A DNA stretch of 64,000 bases from Octopus sinensis (GCF_006345805.1 NC_043014.1:52886001-52950000), one strand, 5' to 3'; counted from the stretch's first letter, positions 39,240 to 52,179 are shown. The notes: generated by a model not told the origin, from the sequence alone. A program made the numbers and translations.

Positions 39240-40170
39240 GCAAGAGGTAAGATGGAAGAGGGACTCCAACTTCTCACAGGTGAAGAACATTGGAACAAAT
39301 TCTTCTGAATAGATAATAAGGCTGGTTTAGTAGACATATTGATTGCTGAAAAATAAATAATGAAGCTGAAGAAGAGTAAGTGAATAATTAAGCTTAGACA
39401 AGAGAATGGCAGTTTAAGCAGCAGAATTGGGACTAACGAGCAAAAGGACCGTTTCTATGAGGCTTTTTGGAGAATCACCTTGTTAACATGACAGTGACAT
39501 CATTATCAAAGCTGGTAACATATTGAGCAGCACCTTGAGACCTGAAATGCAAATGAACCAGCCAGCTAATTAATCACCTTCTAATCAGGTGAACATACAA
39601 GCCAGATAAATTTCCTTTTTATTTGGATACAAAACAGACTGATAGTTGGAAATATGAAGTCAGTTCCTCCAGTGACCCAATATGGCCAACTAATTAGTGA
39701 CTTCAGAATAAGAGTTGGATGGGCAGAGAGACAAAAAGATAGTTTGGAGAAGGACGGTGCAAAGCCCTCTTTTGCTGTATTTATGTTCAGAGTGGTTCTG
39801 GATGACGAATAAGAAGAAAGATGAAACGAGAAGATAAAAAAAGGTATAACACAGAAGACAACGGGTTATTTCAATGAAATAGTTTGCTGAAAGCTACAGA
39901 CCAGATCGGATCTGTGGCAGAGATACAAGTAAACAAGGGCAACATGATGGTTGAATAATAGCATGGGTGGAGCCATTGAAACTAAATGAAAAGCCAGGAA
40001 AGAATGGAAGAAGGAGTCAAAGATTGGTGGCATGTTGCAAGAAAAAAAAAATAAAGGTCACACAGGCAGAGAGAAGAGGTTTGCCTGTGTTTCATGCTAA
40101 GGGGATCAAAGGCAAAAGATGTTCCACATTGCAAAGAAATATTAGAGTAAATTATGTTGCAGGATGATAA
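39240..40170 (+). mobile_element. Heavily decayed LINE endonuclease/linker fragment (RTE-like)
   Basis: EQKDRFYEAF..IIIKAG resembles the apurinic-like endonuclease region; the sequence is weak and broken. Confidence 0.35.
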
Positions 40171-41282
40171 TCTCTTAATCCTAAACAGCATTAATCCATG
40201 TGCAACTGAAGTTTTTGCAAGGACTTAAGTTAGCAAAATAACTGTTGACGTCCATCTCACTAAGTTAAACACTACTTTGGCCCTTTTCCATTTCCATTTC
40301 CAACTTCTATCACACGCCTAAGGAAACAATTATACTCACAGACATTTCAATCGTCCCAAACATCCGCTGTAAGCTTTCTCAGCTATCAGATAATTGAACA
40401 AGTTTCTCAAAACATCTCCCAATATTACAATAAAGCTCAGGCCAGAAATGGCTAAAACAAAAATCTATTCAGAAAACACACTCAAACTTCACACGGTTAA
40501 AATCCGAGACACTTTTTGCTTTAAAATTGATAAAATATAAAAGGTTATTTTTTGCAACCTCAAGAACCTAAACATACGTGAACGTAAGGAATGTCCCCCC
40601 CCACACACAGCTGCCCATGCATTCCATGTTTAAACACATTGTGAGCAAATATGAAAAGCAACATGTGAGACTGTGTGCTGTTATATCTATCTATCTACAT
40701 ACAAATTATATACATACATACACACACAGCCCTGTCTCATCAACTAATATTCCTATGTAAACATCAATTTATACACACAATCACAATACGGAGACTTTTT
40801 ATGTTTTAAGTAAACATCAAATACTGCTCTTACATAAAGAGGGAAAAACCTAACAGGTGAGAGAGGAAGATAAGAGAGAATAAATAATATGAACCAGTTT
40901 TCTTAAATGACATAAATGTCAGTCCAAACGTCGTCACTCGACAACTTCTGAGCTTTTAGGTCGACGCACACACACACACATCTGCTTTTGCATGTTGCGT
41001 TAGAAGAATGGCAATTATGAGAGGGGTCAGCTGCACTCATGTGCGTGCGTGTGTGTGTGTGATTTTTATGTTCGACACATGCTAGCAAGGGTCAGACAAG
41101 TCCCCCATGGTCGGATTCTTAGTTTACAACAATGCCAGACTCATGCTTCACACACGCACACTATCACCATTCAACGCACATTTTCCATGTGCAGAGGTGG
41201 CTCGGCAGGAACTAGTCAATCGAAAGACCTAAGTTTGTGTCAATCCCATCTGATCCATACAAGTACGAAAAAGTAGACGTAA

Positions 41283-41371
<89 letters not shown>

Positions 41372-41589
41372 GAGAGAGAGATCTTTCAACTGATACATTA
41401 TTAGTGAGGCACACTCACTTTTGGGGGGAGCTGACTCCTCTCACCCGACCAAACATTCATTTACTATTTTAATATTCTAAAATGTATCCTCGGATTTAGA
41501 AGACCACAAAAAAGGAAGGAAGGAAGGTTTAGAGTTAACAACAGCAATTTTAAATTCGAGCAGAGACAGAAGTGATAGAAAAGAAGGTG

Positions 41590-42225
41590 GATCTAGTAAC
41601 AATAACAACCGTCGTTTCTGACTCAATTTTCGGGTTAGTCCTGTTACATCGACCCCACTCCTTGACCCTTATTCTATCGACCCAAGAAGAACGAACGGCT
41701 CAGCTGGTCTCGGCGACATTTCAATACAAAACTACAAAAAGACAAGAACTTTCGGACACTTCCTTCGATAATCACACACACACTTGCGATTTTCTCTTCA
41801 GCCAAAAGCGGAGAAGGGATGAAGGCTTTAGAATTTAATAGAATTTACTAACCGTAACCTTTGACATTCGACATAATATCCTGAATGGAGCTGAAGTCAT
41901 CGTTTTCGTGGTCACCACCACCACCTTCGCCATCATTACCACCGAAGGTGGCCATCCCAGCTGAAAAACTGGTTAATTTAACGAAGGTACTCCTTGGGTT
42001 GTATTTATCTTATCACAGCAGAAGCTAACACACATTCTCACACACACACATTCTCAGGCAGACACACTTTATACACATCCATAGATTTACATTATTTACG
42101 TGTCTATACATAACAACATATTATGCATTTATAATACGGACGTAGCCATGTGGAGTGATGACAAGGTGTTACGTAGGGACAGGCAGCGACGTTTGAGGCT
42201 GGCTGGCCGTGAGACGATAAGATCT

Positions 42226-42272
<47 letters not shown>

Positions 42273-42740
42273 GTGTATATATCCAGAATGGAAGACGAGC
42301 AGAAATAGAGCAGCACGAAATAAGACAAAAACAAGAGCCACGCACTGACTGAATGTATTAAGGCTGCGAACAATACAAGCGAATGAGAGGGAGGGAGGGA
42401 GAGCAAGCGAGAGAGAGAGAGAGAGAGAGAGGTGCAGTGTGAGTGATGAGAAGGGGAGGTGAAAGATGATGGCAGCTTTTCATCCAACACTTTAAATATC
42501 TGGCAGAGTCACATCACCCGCCATCGCTGCGCATAGTTTCTAGAGAAATGAAATCACGAGTTGGCGGTTAATCCTGTCATCATCCATCGTTCACCAGCAT
42601 CCCCAACACATCCGACACTGTTTTTAAGTTGCGAAAGAGGATGGGGTGGAGATGTATTCAGCATCACAAAGCATTCTTAGATTCATTCTCGCATCCACAC
42701 CGACTCACATTCGTGTGTGTGTACGTATAAATATACGCGT
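41590..42740. promoter_or_regulatory. CpG-rich candidate promoter / 5' region
   Basis: CG dinucleotides are visibly dense here compared with the CpG-poor surroundings. The region spans the 41853-41960 exon and contains or neighbours (GA)n tracts at about 41288-41381 and 42408-42430. Judged by eye, not computed. Confidence 0.45.
41853..41960 (-). CDS. Probable N-terminal CLC exon: (A)G-MATFGGNDGEGGGGDHENDDFSSIQDIMSNVKGY(G), with an in-frame ATG at 41955
   Basis: Open frame with ATG in context gggATGG. Donor G|gttagt at 41853/41852 is phase 1, matching the acceptor at 31718. Possible acceptor gtttttcag|CT at 41961/41960 gives a 108-nt phase 1-1 exon. Lies in a CpG-rich region. No homology support, so assignment to the CLC gene is inferred. 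Confidence 0.7.
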
Positions 42741-42895
42741 GTATGCGTATATATATTATCTATAGTTATATATGTATGCAAATATCTATATATATAAATA
42801 GTTACAAATATATGTAAAAGTGTGTGTGTGTATATATATATACACACATATATATATATAAAATTAAAAAAAGAGTGAAAAAAATACAGACGGCT

Positions 42896-43388
42896 TGTGT
42901 TATGAGGTTAAAGAATAGATTTAAGTCATTATGTTAGGAAAATGTTATAAAATTTTGTGTATAGTAACATAAACAATTGCAGCGTGGAAGGTGTTTATAA
43001 GCCAATTAAGATTTTGACAAATTAAATTTAAATGTTGAAGTGAATCTAATGGTTTTTGTGTGTTTCTTAAATGGCTTATAAATTGTTTTCGTTCCAGCAC
43101 ACGATCTCAGATCAGGTCACTTGCTATGCAAGTACATCTCCGTGATATAGTAACATAGTTTTTGGAGAAATAACCGGTTTCATATTTTCTTTTCAAATTC
43201 CTCAAATTTCTTGACCTACATCGTGTCATGTCTTCGCTACATGACAACATGTAGGTAAAGAAATTTGAGAAATTTGAAAAGAAAATACGAAACTGGTTAT
43301 TTCTCCAAAAACTATGTTACTGTACACATAATTTTATAACATTTTTCTAACATAACGACTTAAATATATTTTTTAATCTTATAACACA
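42896..43388. mobile_element. Palindromic (foldback/MITE-like) element with about 140-bp arms and a 174-bp nested insertion in the left arm
   Basis: The left arm (42896-42971 plus 43158-43221) is the reverse complement of the right arm 43249-43388. The insert 42972-43145 is flanked by the direct repeat tatagtaacata. A related partial copy lies at about 31120-31320. Confidence 0.8.
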
Positions 43389-43773
43389 TATGTGTATGCT
43401 TATCTGTTATGGTGTTGCTATTGTCTATCGTTTCCATCATTTTACAACTTTATTTTTATCTTTATTTATATTTCTTGTTTCCTCCTAACAGCAAAATACA
43501 ACACTTGGCAGACGCACAGTGTAAGAGTACATCTTTTGATGCAAGTCTGATGATGTGTCACTCGACTGTTTAAAACTGTAAATATTACGTAACCTCCCTC
43601 ATTGAACTTTTGCGTGAATGGTGTTAAAGACACGGTGGTACAGAAACTACTGGAACTGGTCATTAAAAATGTGCATAATTCTTTTTTTGGATCCTTTTAT
43701 GTGAAATTAAATGAATGACAAGGGAACAGCAATTATGTAATAAATATTTTTATACATATGACATTAAATGATG

Positions 43774-43802
<29 letters not shown>

Positions 43803-43806
<4 letters not shown>

Positions 43807-45145
43807 TTGTTTAATGTCCGCTTTCCATGCTTGCATGGGTTGGACGGTTCAACTGGGGTCTGGGAAGCCAGGAGGCTGCACCAGGCCCAGTCTGATCTGG
43901 CAGTGTTTCTACAGCTGGATGCCCTTCCTAACGCCAACCACTCCGTGAGTGTAGTGGGTGCTTTTTACGTGCCACCGGCACAGGTGCCAGACGAGGCTGG
44001 CAACGGCCACGATCGATTGGTGCTTTTTACATGCCACCGGCACGGAGGCCAGTTGGGGCAGCACTGGCAACGGCCATGTTTGGATGGTTCTCTTATGTGC
44101 CACCGGCACTGGTATCACAACTACAATTTCCATTGATTTTGATCGATTTCGATTTCACTTGCCTCAACAGGTCTTCGCAAGCAGAGTTTTGTGTCCCAAG
44201 AAGGAAAGGTATGCATAAGTGGGCTGGCTACATCCCAGGTAGAGGCCACGAGTTATGGTCTCACTTGTCCTGTCGGGTCTTCTCACGCACAGCATACTTC
44301 CAAAGGTCTCGGTCACTAGTCATTGCCTCAGTGAGACCTAATGTTCGAAGGTCGTGCTTCACCACCTCGTCCCAGGTTTTCCTGGGTCTACCTCTTCCAC
44401 AGGTTCCCTCAACCGCTAGGGTGTGGCACTTTTTCACACAACTATCTTCATCCATTCTCGCTACATGACCATACCAGCGCAAACGTCTCTCTTGCACACC
44501 ATAACTGATGCTTCTTAGGTCCAACTTTTCTCTCAAGGTACTTACACTCTGTCAGGTATGAACACTGACATTACACATCCATCGGAGCATACTGGCTTCA
44601 TTTCTTGCGAGCTTACGCATATCCTCAGCAGTCACAGCCCATGTTTCACTACCATGTAGCATGGCTGTTCGTACACATGCGTCATACAGTTTGCCTTTTA
44701 CTCTGAGCAAGAGGCCTTTTGTCACCAGCAGAGGTAAGAGCTCTCTGAACTCTGCCCAGGCTATTCTTACTCTAGCAAGTTACACTTTCAGCACACCCGC
44801 CCCCGCTACTGACTTAGTCACCTAGGTAACGGAAGCTATCAACTACTTTTAGTTTTTCTCCCTGGAATGTGGCGGAAGTTGGTCTCAGAGCATTTTCTAG
44901 TTAGCTTTCCTTTGACATTGCTGCACCTCTTATGTGTCCATAGCTTACACTTGGTGCATCTTATAGAGTTTCTACCTACACTTTTTCTACAGATCGAGCA
45001 GGGTCATCTACCTGAAGGCATTTGTGATTTGTCTACCTTCCTACTTATTAGGACTTTGGTTTTAGCAAGGTTGACTCTAAGGCCCTTCAATTCTGATCCT
45101 TGCCTCCACACCTGAAACTTCTCCTCCAGTTCTGATAGTGACTGG
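43803..45145 (-). mobile_element. RTE-clade LINE, 5'-truncated, with long 3' UTR and (GAT)-type tail
   Basis: KGLRVNLAKTKV, FRYLG, AMLHGSETW and ERRLRWYGHVARM..GRGRPRKTW (ORF 44261..44536). The 3' UTR is shared with many short copies in the window. Confidence 0.93.
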
Positions 45146-46344
45146 AGAAGAAGTAAATATATATATATATATAGGATGTTAACCGATGATTTTATATATA
45201 TATAAATTCTATTCCTTCCTTGACTTAATTCTATTCCTTCAACATGAATGCAACATTCAAAATACTGCCTGGATTTACATGGAATTATACCTAAGGGGCT
45301 ATACCTTCCTTCATCGAAGTTCAGACCAACCACTAGACCCTCTGGAAGAAGAGGAGCTATGAACTTTATTCTTGTGCCTGTAGAAACTCCCAGATGATCA
45401 AGATACAGGTTCCTACCATTTCCTCCTTTGAACCTGGGCCCCAGCCAAGGGGTTTTTCTGCTTCCTTGTCTTCCCTTTGAAGCTTACTCTGCACCTTTGG
45501 GTCTGTTTAGTCTTATTCTCATGAACCTAATCCCTAATTTATGATAAATTCTTCACTGATAATGCAAGATAAATCAATGTCCCTGACAATCAATCTGTCC
45601 TGTTTCTAGGGCTGGCTTTTGTCTAGGTTTAGATACACAAACAACTGCAAAAATATATTCAATGTATGAAGCTTTAGTTTCATTTGAATGAAATTAATCA
45701 CACACACACACACACAAGTAGACATAATTTCTGTACACCAAAGCACAGAAGGAATGTGCTTACATTATTTCACTAACAGCAATGCTTTGTCATATTTAAA
45801 TGCACTGATTTAAATAAATAGCTAAATAGATATGTGTGTGTGTGTGTGTGTGTGTGCATTTAGCACACACATACATTACAGTCACGTAATTCATTCAATG
45901 TCCTTTTAAAATGCCAACAGCCAAATGAGGATGATGATGGTGTATAATCATACAAAGAAATATCTAGGACAGCTGCTAACCCCCCCCCCAGTTTCATCAT
46001 CAGTCCCACCCCCACTTTTATATCAGCTGCCCTCAAGCCATTGTTTGTTTTGCCTTTTTTTTGTCTTTGTTTTCAAACACATCTAAACTACACTCTCAGC
46101 CAAACTAGAGACCCACTTCAGAATAGGTGAATCAGTATGCTAACAATTATTAATATTTAGTTGAAGGCAGCCACCTGACAGAATCATTGGCCGGACAAAG
46201 CCATTTCATCCATCTTAGTTTTACCTTTCAACCATTCAGGGTTAATAAAATAAATACCACTTACACATTGGGGTTGATGTAATTGAATAGACCCCACCCA
46301 CAAAAATTTCAGGCCTATAGCAGAAAGGATTTATTTTAAATAAA

Positions 46345-47470
46345 ATATGGTCCATTGTCTTCTGTTGAACCGGAGTCATCCCTTGACCCTAGGGTCACAG
46401 CAGGTCCTCATCTCATGGAGAGTACACGTGGTAAAATGTGTGCTGAATCTAGCAACACTATTTTCTGAAGTTCTCCCACGTTAACACTGCAAGGGAGTTT
46501 GTTGAGCTGCTTATCAAGGTCCTTTTTAATTAGCCCTAATGCTCTAATCCCCACTGGTGCTATGCTGCTTTTCATTCCCCACATCTTGGTCACTTCTATT
46601 TCTAGGTCTTTGTACTTAAATGACTTCTCAACTTCTTTAATGGACACAATTCTCTCTGATGGTACTGTCACATCTATCATTAAGCATTTCTTATTCTTCC
46701 CATCTTTGATGATTATATCCGGCCTGTTTGCCTTGATTTCTTTATCGGTGTTGATTGGCATGTCCCAGGTTACTGTTACATCATCTTTTCCAGTCACAGC
46801 TTCAGGTTTATGCTGGTACCATCTTCCTGAAGTTGGAAGCTGGTAGTGTTTACATATCTTCCAATAGATATACTGTGCTACTCAATCGTGTCTATGAATA
46901 TATTCGGTTTTTGCAAGCGCTGTGCATCCAGTTAAGATGTGGTCCACTGTTTCATCCTGCATTTCGGGTCAGTGCCATCGTTCATTATTTTGTTGTGGTA
47001 AGCCCTGGTTGCCGAGCTTTGATCTTGTGCTGCTATGATAAAACCTTCCATTTCAGCCTTCAGTCCTGAGCTCTTCATCCATTCATGAGTGTCTCATTTT
47101 TCTACGTCTGGTTTGTTCACTCTACATGGGTATCGGCCATGCATCGGTTTTTCTTCCCATTCTTCTTTGCTCTTCTTCTGGGCTTGTTTTTTCATCTCTT
47201 CCTTAACTCTTTTAGCAAACGGGGTTACTTTTTCACTCACCTTCAACCTAGATCCTCCATCATCAGTTGTTTCTTAAACTGTACAGATTCTTTGTTTGCC
47301 GAGTATAGCTTCTTTACTTTATCATGCTGGTGCACAAACTTCATTAGAGGATCTCTTGACAGCCCAAGATATGTATTTAATCCAACAGTGGTGGTTTTGT
47401 AAGATAATTCTAATTGAGTTAGTCGCACAGTATCCAATATCATGATGTAGACTGAAGATATTGTGTCTAT
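46345..47470 (-). mobile_element. R4/Dong-like non-LTR retrotransposon 3' fragment (CCHC finger plus restriction-like endonuclease)
   Basis: KCR..ETVDHILTGCTALAKTEYIHRHD*VAQYIYW followed by WDMPINTDKEIKANRPDIIIKD..CLMIDVTVP..KYKDL (ORF 46408..46797), a PD-(D/E)xK-type nuclease. The clade call is from remembered motifs. Confidence 0.85.
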
Positions 47471-50125
47471 TTCAGACCTGAATTTGCCTCACAAATGACT
47501 GAATCTGCAACCATACATAGCGAGACACAAAGAAGCCAGTGCCATTTTGAAACAACGAGATCTCACCTGCAACCATTGCCATACACAAGACAAAAATGAG
47601 ATCTCACCTGCAACCATTATTTAAGGAAAAGACAACAACATTTTCCTTCTCATACTTCTCACGCTGACACTACCAAGACTTCGAAGCCAGGACTTTTGTC
47701 CTGCCGTGATTACTACATGCATTGTCTCCAGAGGCAAGGACTACATTGGCTAGTGTATCCTTACTCTTTCTTCTTTTTTGAAGACAATAGCATGAAATCT
47801 GAGGGATTTGGTCACTCTTTCTAACAAGTCAAAGTCCAGTTAGAGATCCATTACATTGCAAAGAGATCCGTGTGGCTTTTCTCTCTCTCTCTCTCTCTCA
47901 TTCTTTGAACAGGCACAGAAAAAAAAAAAAGAGAAGAGCTGAAGTGAACAACTGTGTGTTGTTGTTGTTGTTGTTGCAGCTGCTGCATAGGCCTCCTCCG
48001 CACACTCAGACTCTGATCAGGCCAACTTGTACGCACGTCAATTTGTACAGGTGTGTACGAGTGAGTGTCGCATGCACATGACATGCCTGGGAAGGTGTGC
48101 TTCTACTCATCTGATGTTACGTGTGAGACAGACAAACAGGCGGAGAGGGTGAGTCATGATCTATCTAGAGTGAAGGGTAAACAATGAAATTTGTAATTAT
48201 TTATGTATAAATCATTATGCTATGACACGGCCATCAAGATAGTCACAAAACACACACACAAAGGTAAAAGCAGCACCTGATAAGAAAGATTACTTAACTC
48301 ATTTGATACACAACACAATTGAAGTTATCAGAGAACGTGGCAGAGGTCAACTAAAAATTACTCTTAGTCAGAAACAGGTGTGGTTTAAAGCACCTGGGTA
48401 GAAAGAAAACCAGGTAACACTTTGCCTGAAGGACATACACTAAAGGGATTGCCTTCTACCCATTTTGCCAAATAAACCGACGAGAGAGCCTTTACAGGGT
48501 TGTTTGACCAGCTGGAAAAAATAGTAACTAATTCTTCCTCAAACTCCACAAAAGAACATTTGATCCATCATCGCCAACTTGACCAAACAACAACAATAAA
48601 CATTAAATGAGTTAACAAAGGGAATTTTAACCTGTTAGAAACAGCAGCCAAAATCTTCCTTGACTAAAACCAAGATTTTTTAGCAAAATATCAATGACTT
48701 TTGTATTTAACCAGCAGCAGTTCAACTCTCTCACCTCAATGGTTTTTCTTTCTCTTACCTCATTGGTTTGTCTCTCTCATACAAATCACATCACACCATC
48801 TTAAAAAGGGAAAGACACCTTAGAAACAGGTGAGGGTTGGCAACAATTCGTTTCAAATTTTTTGGGGAAAGTTAAGTCGATTACTTCAGTCCCAGTGCTT
48901 AACTGGTACTTGTTTTATTGACCCTGACAGGACCCTGAAAGGACGAGGGTTGGCAACAGGAAGAGTGTCAAGGTATAGAAAATCTGCCACAACGAATTCT
49001 GTCTGAGCCATGCAAGTATTGAGAAGTGGATGTTGAAATGATGACAACATTCAAAACCAAAAAAAAAAAAACAAAACAAAAAAAAAAAAACCAAACCTCT
49101 GCCAATGTCGGCCAATGTGAAATGGTGTAAAGCTCTCTCGAAAGAATTTGAGAGCAAATATTACAAGAGAATAACACCAACACGAAGCTAAGAGGGAGCT
49201 GTTAAGGAGAGGGAAATGTTGGACCATTGAGGATCAAGTGGCTTATAACAAAGAGTGAAGAACTTATGGGGGGGGAGAAGGAGGAGAGAGGGGACAGATA
49301 GGTTGCATAAAAGACAGAGAAGGAGAGAAAGAGAGAGACGGGGGGGGGGTCGAGAGATGGGAAAGTGGTGACAGAAAGAGGAAGGGTAAGAATAAAATAA
49401 TAGTAACAAGAATGGAGAGAAAGAGATAAAAGATGGTGAGAGGGAAAGATAAAAACAAAGAGAAAACAGTGATCATGAGGTAAGAGAGGGGGAGAGAGAG
49501 AGAGAGAGAGAGTCAGTGGAGTGCTGGTGATGAAAGACCCTTTAATATTTATTTCAATCATTTCAAAAAATATGGGAGACAACTGCAGACATTCCTATTT
49601 GAAATCTGACAATAATTCCTTGAATAGTGATGAGAAAATTGGTGAGTAAACCAGGTTAGAGGCTTGCAGGTGAGCAGACGTGAAAAAGGAGCCGATTTGT
49701 TTAAAAGAAAATAAATAAATCACTGCAGTTAATAATTCAGAGATGCTAATTACACAAAGATGAATAATTAAGTTGGCATTAACATATTTAATTTAGTTAT
49801 CCTCAGAAATCTAATTTGGAGATATTTATTGTTTCACAACGTGGTCGTTCTCTACCTCATATCACCTGTCAGAGATTCTGTTGAGCGTCAGCTGTGACGT
49901 CCAGGTGGCAGCAGGTGAGCAAACACAAGAATGTCAGGAGCAAACAAGGAGAACCACTTTGTGGTCGTCACTGGATCAGCTATACACCACTAATGTACAA
50001 CAAACTGATTTTAAATATAATAATGATTATCAATTTTAGATTTCATTTCGAAGGGTAATACATTCATGAAACGATCAGAAGATATTTTAAACTTTTTAAA
50101 TAATCATACTTTATTTATCTCTCTA

Positions 50126-50351
50126 TTAACCCTTTTGATACTAACCCGGCCAACACCGCCTCTGGCTCTGTGGTAAAATGTCTTGTTTTCATAAGTTTTG
50201 AATTAAAATATTCCACCAAGCCTTAGTCACAATTTATGTTACTAACACTAGCTTAATGATATCTAAGTTATTTTACTAAATTCTTTGTAATATTCAAAAT
50301 AATGGAAAGAAACACAGCATCTCAAAATAAATACAGTAACGAAAGGGTTAC
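50126..50351. mobile_element. piggyBac-like MITE
   Basis: Left end TTAA-cccttt (50126) and right end aaaggg-TTAc (50342-50351). A more decayed element of similar build lies at about 35955-36170. Confidence 0.7.
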
Positions 50352-50409
50352 TACAATATTATTTTGGATGATTTTTTGATGGAATTTTTCCTGCTCTTAC
50401 TTTATAACA

Positions 50410-50680
50410 CGATCATGGTCGTTGCCAGTGCTGCTGGACTGGCTCCCATGCAGATAGCATGTAAAAACACCATTCACCTGACTGACCCCTGTGCCGGTGG
50501 CATGTAAAAAGCACCCACTACACTCTCAGAGTGGTTGGCATTAGGAAGGGCATCCAGCTGTAGAAACTCTGCCAGATCAAGACTGGAGCCTGGTGCAGCC
50601 ATCTGGTTCGCCAGCCCTCAGTCAAACCATCCAACCCATGCCAGCAGGGAAAGCGGACGTTAAACGAGGATGATGATGAT
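50410..50680 (+). mobile_element. RTE 3' tail copy
   Basis: gccggtggcatgtaaaaagcacccactacactctc...aacccatgccagcaggg...gatgatgatgat. Confidence 0.85.
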
Positions 50681-51750
50681 CCTAGATTATCTGCACAGAA
50701 AACATGGAACAGTCATGGCTGGAACATCTTTTATCATAGATTTGCTTGTTGAGCTAAGGACAAAGAATCAACAAACAAGAGGAACTGGTAGAGCAAAAGG
50801 GATTCACCAACTGACATACACCACCACACCTCCACCACCACCACCATCACCACTGGTTGTCAAATACTGGAGGTGCAAACAAATACAATACAATACACAC
50901 ACACACACAACATCATCAACTATATAAACTTAATGTAATATGCTCCGTATATTTGCCAGTATATTTGCAATTTGGCACAGTGGAGAATACTCTTTCCAGC
51001 GGCAGGTGTTAAAACACCTGAAAGTTATGGACAGGTGAGATAACTCACCTCTAATCCCATCTAGGAGTGATGGGTATCAATGATTTTGTCATTTTTGTGA
51101 CTTATCAACATCTCTAACCGGAACAGGATTGGAGAGGAATCATTTCGCCAGTCCACAACATATTTACACAACCAGGTTTCTTTGAAGTTCCATTTACCAA
51201 ATTTACTCACACAAGATTGGTTGGCCCAGGGCTATAGCAGAAGACACTTGCCCAAGGTGCCACACACTGGTTAAGAAGTATTATTATGGCTTCTTAACCA
51301 CACAGCCATAATAATACGTCCCTCATCCGGATGACAACCAAAATCAATAAAGTCTAATACTATCTCAGTTTTATTAAACATAACAGTTTGTCTGTCTGGC
51401 TGGTTGTCTGTCCTCTCCCCTTTTCCAATCCTTACGAAAATCTTTGAGAAAATATTGCCAGTGCATGGGAAGACATTTGACTGTGATGTTGAGCACAAGA
51501 AAAAGACCACAAAGAGTCTTGCTACTCCTCCTCAACCACACACTGTTGGTTCCTAGGGTTGTAGCACTGCTGGGGGTAGGAGTGTTGTTGTTAGTAAGGA
51601 AATATTTTGTCCTTAGCAACAAAACAAAACCAACTTTATCAATTTAGGTTAATTATACATCACACAACACATGCAATATACATACATATGAATGTATGTA
51701 TGTATATGTACCAATGTGTATGTATATATATATATATAGATAGATAGATA

Positions 51751-51866
51751 GTGGCCTGCTCGCTTAGCCAGCGGGGTGGCGTCATTTGAAGGCTAAAACA
51801 ATGCGAACGCATTGTGACCAGCGATGTGTAAAACATCTGGTCTGGTTGGTCACGTGATCACGTGAT
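51751..51866. mobile_element. Short CpG-rich element inserted in a (GATA)n/(TA)n microsatellite
   Basis: Flanked by gatagatagata on both sides. Ends in the 16-bp palindrome tcacgtgatcacgtga (51850-51865). Confidence 0.6.
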
Positions 51867-52179
51867 ATAGATAGATAGATACTAATGCATATGTGAATCA
51901 CCCACTGCAGTACAAGCAGATGAGAGAGAGAGAGAGCATACATACAGTCAATTTATGTGCTAGGAATAGCAGCCAAATCTCACTCACATCCATATTCTAT
52001 TAATTTTGAAAAAGAAGGACACATTGGCTAAGAGGATTGTGTGTCCATTGTGCCAAAGAAAAAAAGGGATTAAATGGTCATGGATGGACTGCATGTGGTT
52101 GTATGTGTTATGGATCAGAGCCGACTTGGGGCTGAACAGTAGCAACTACAAACTCGTGTGCAGATGAACCATGTGCGTG

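Noticed and set aside
47851-48084. Poly-Q ORF on the minus strand as another possible first exon
   Set aside because: It is made of (CAA)n/(GA)n repeats, and the only nearby donor-like site is not phase 1.
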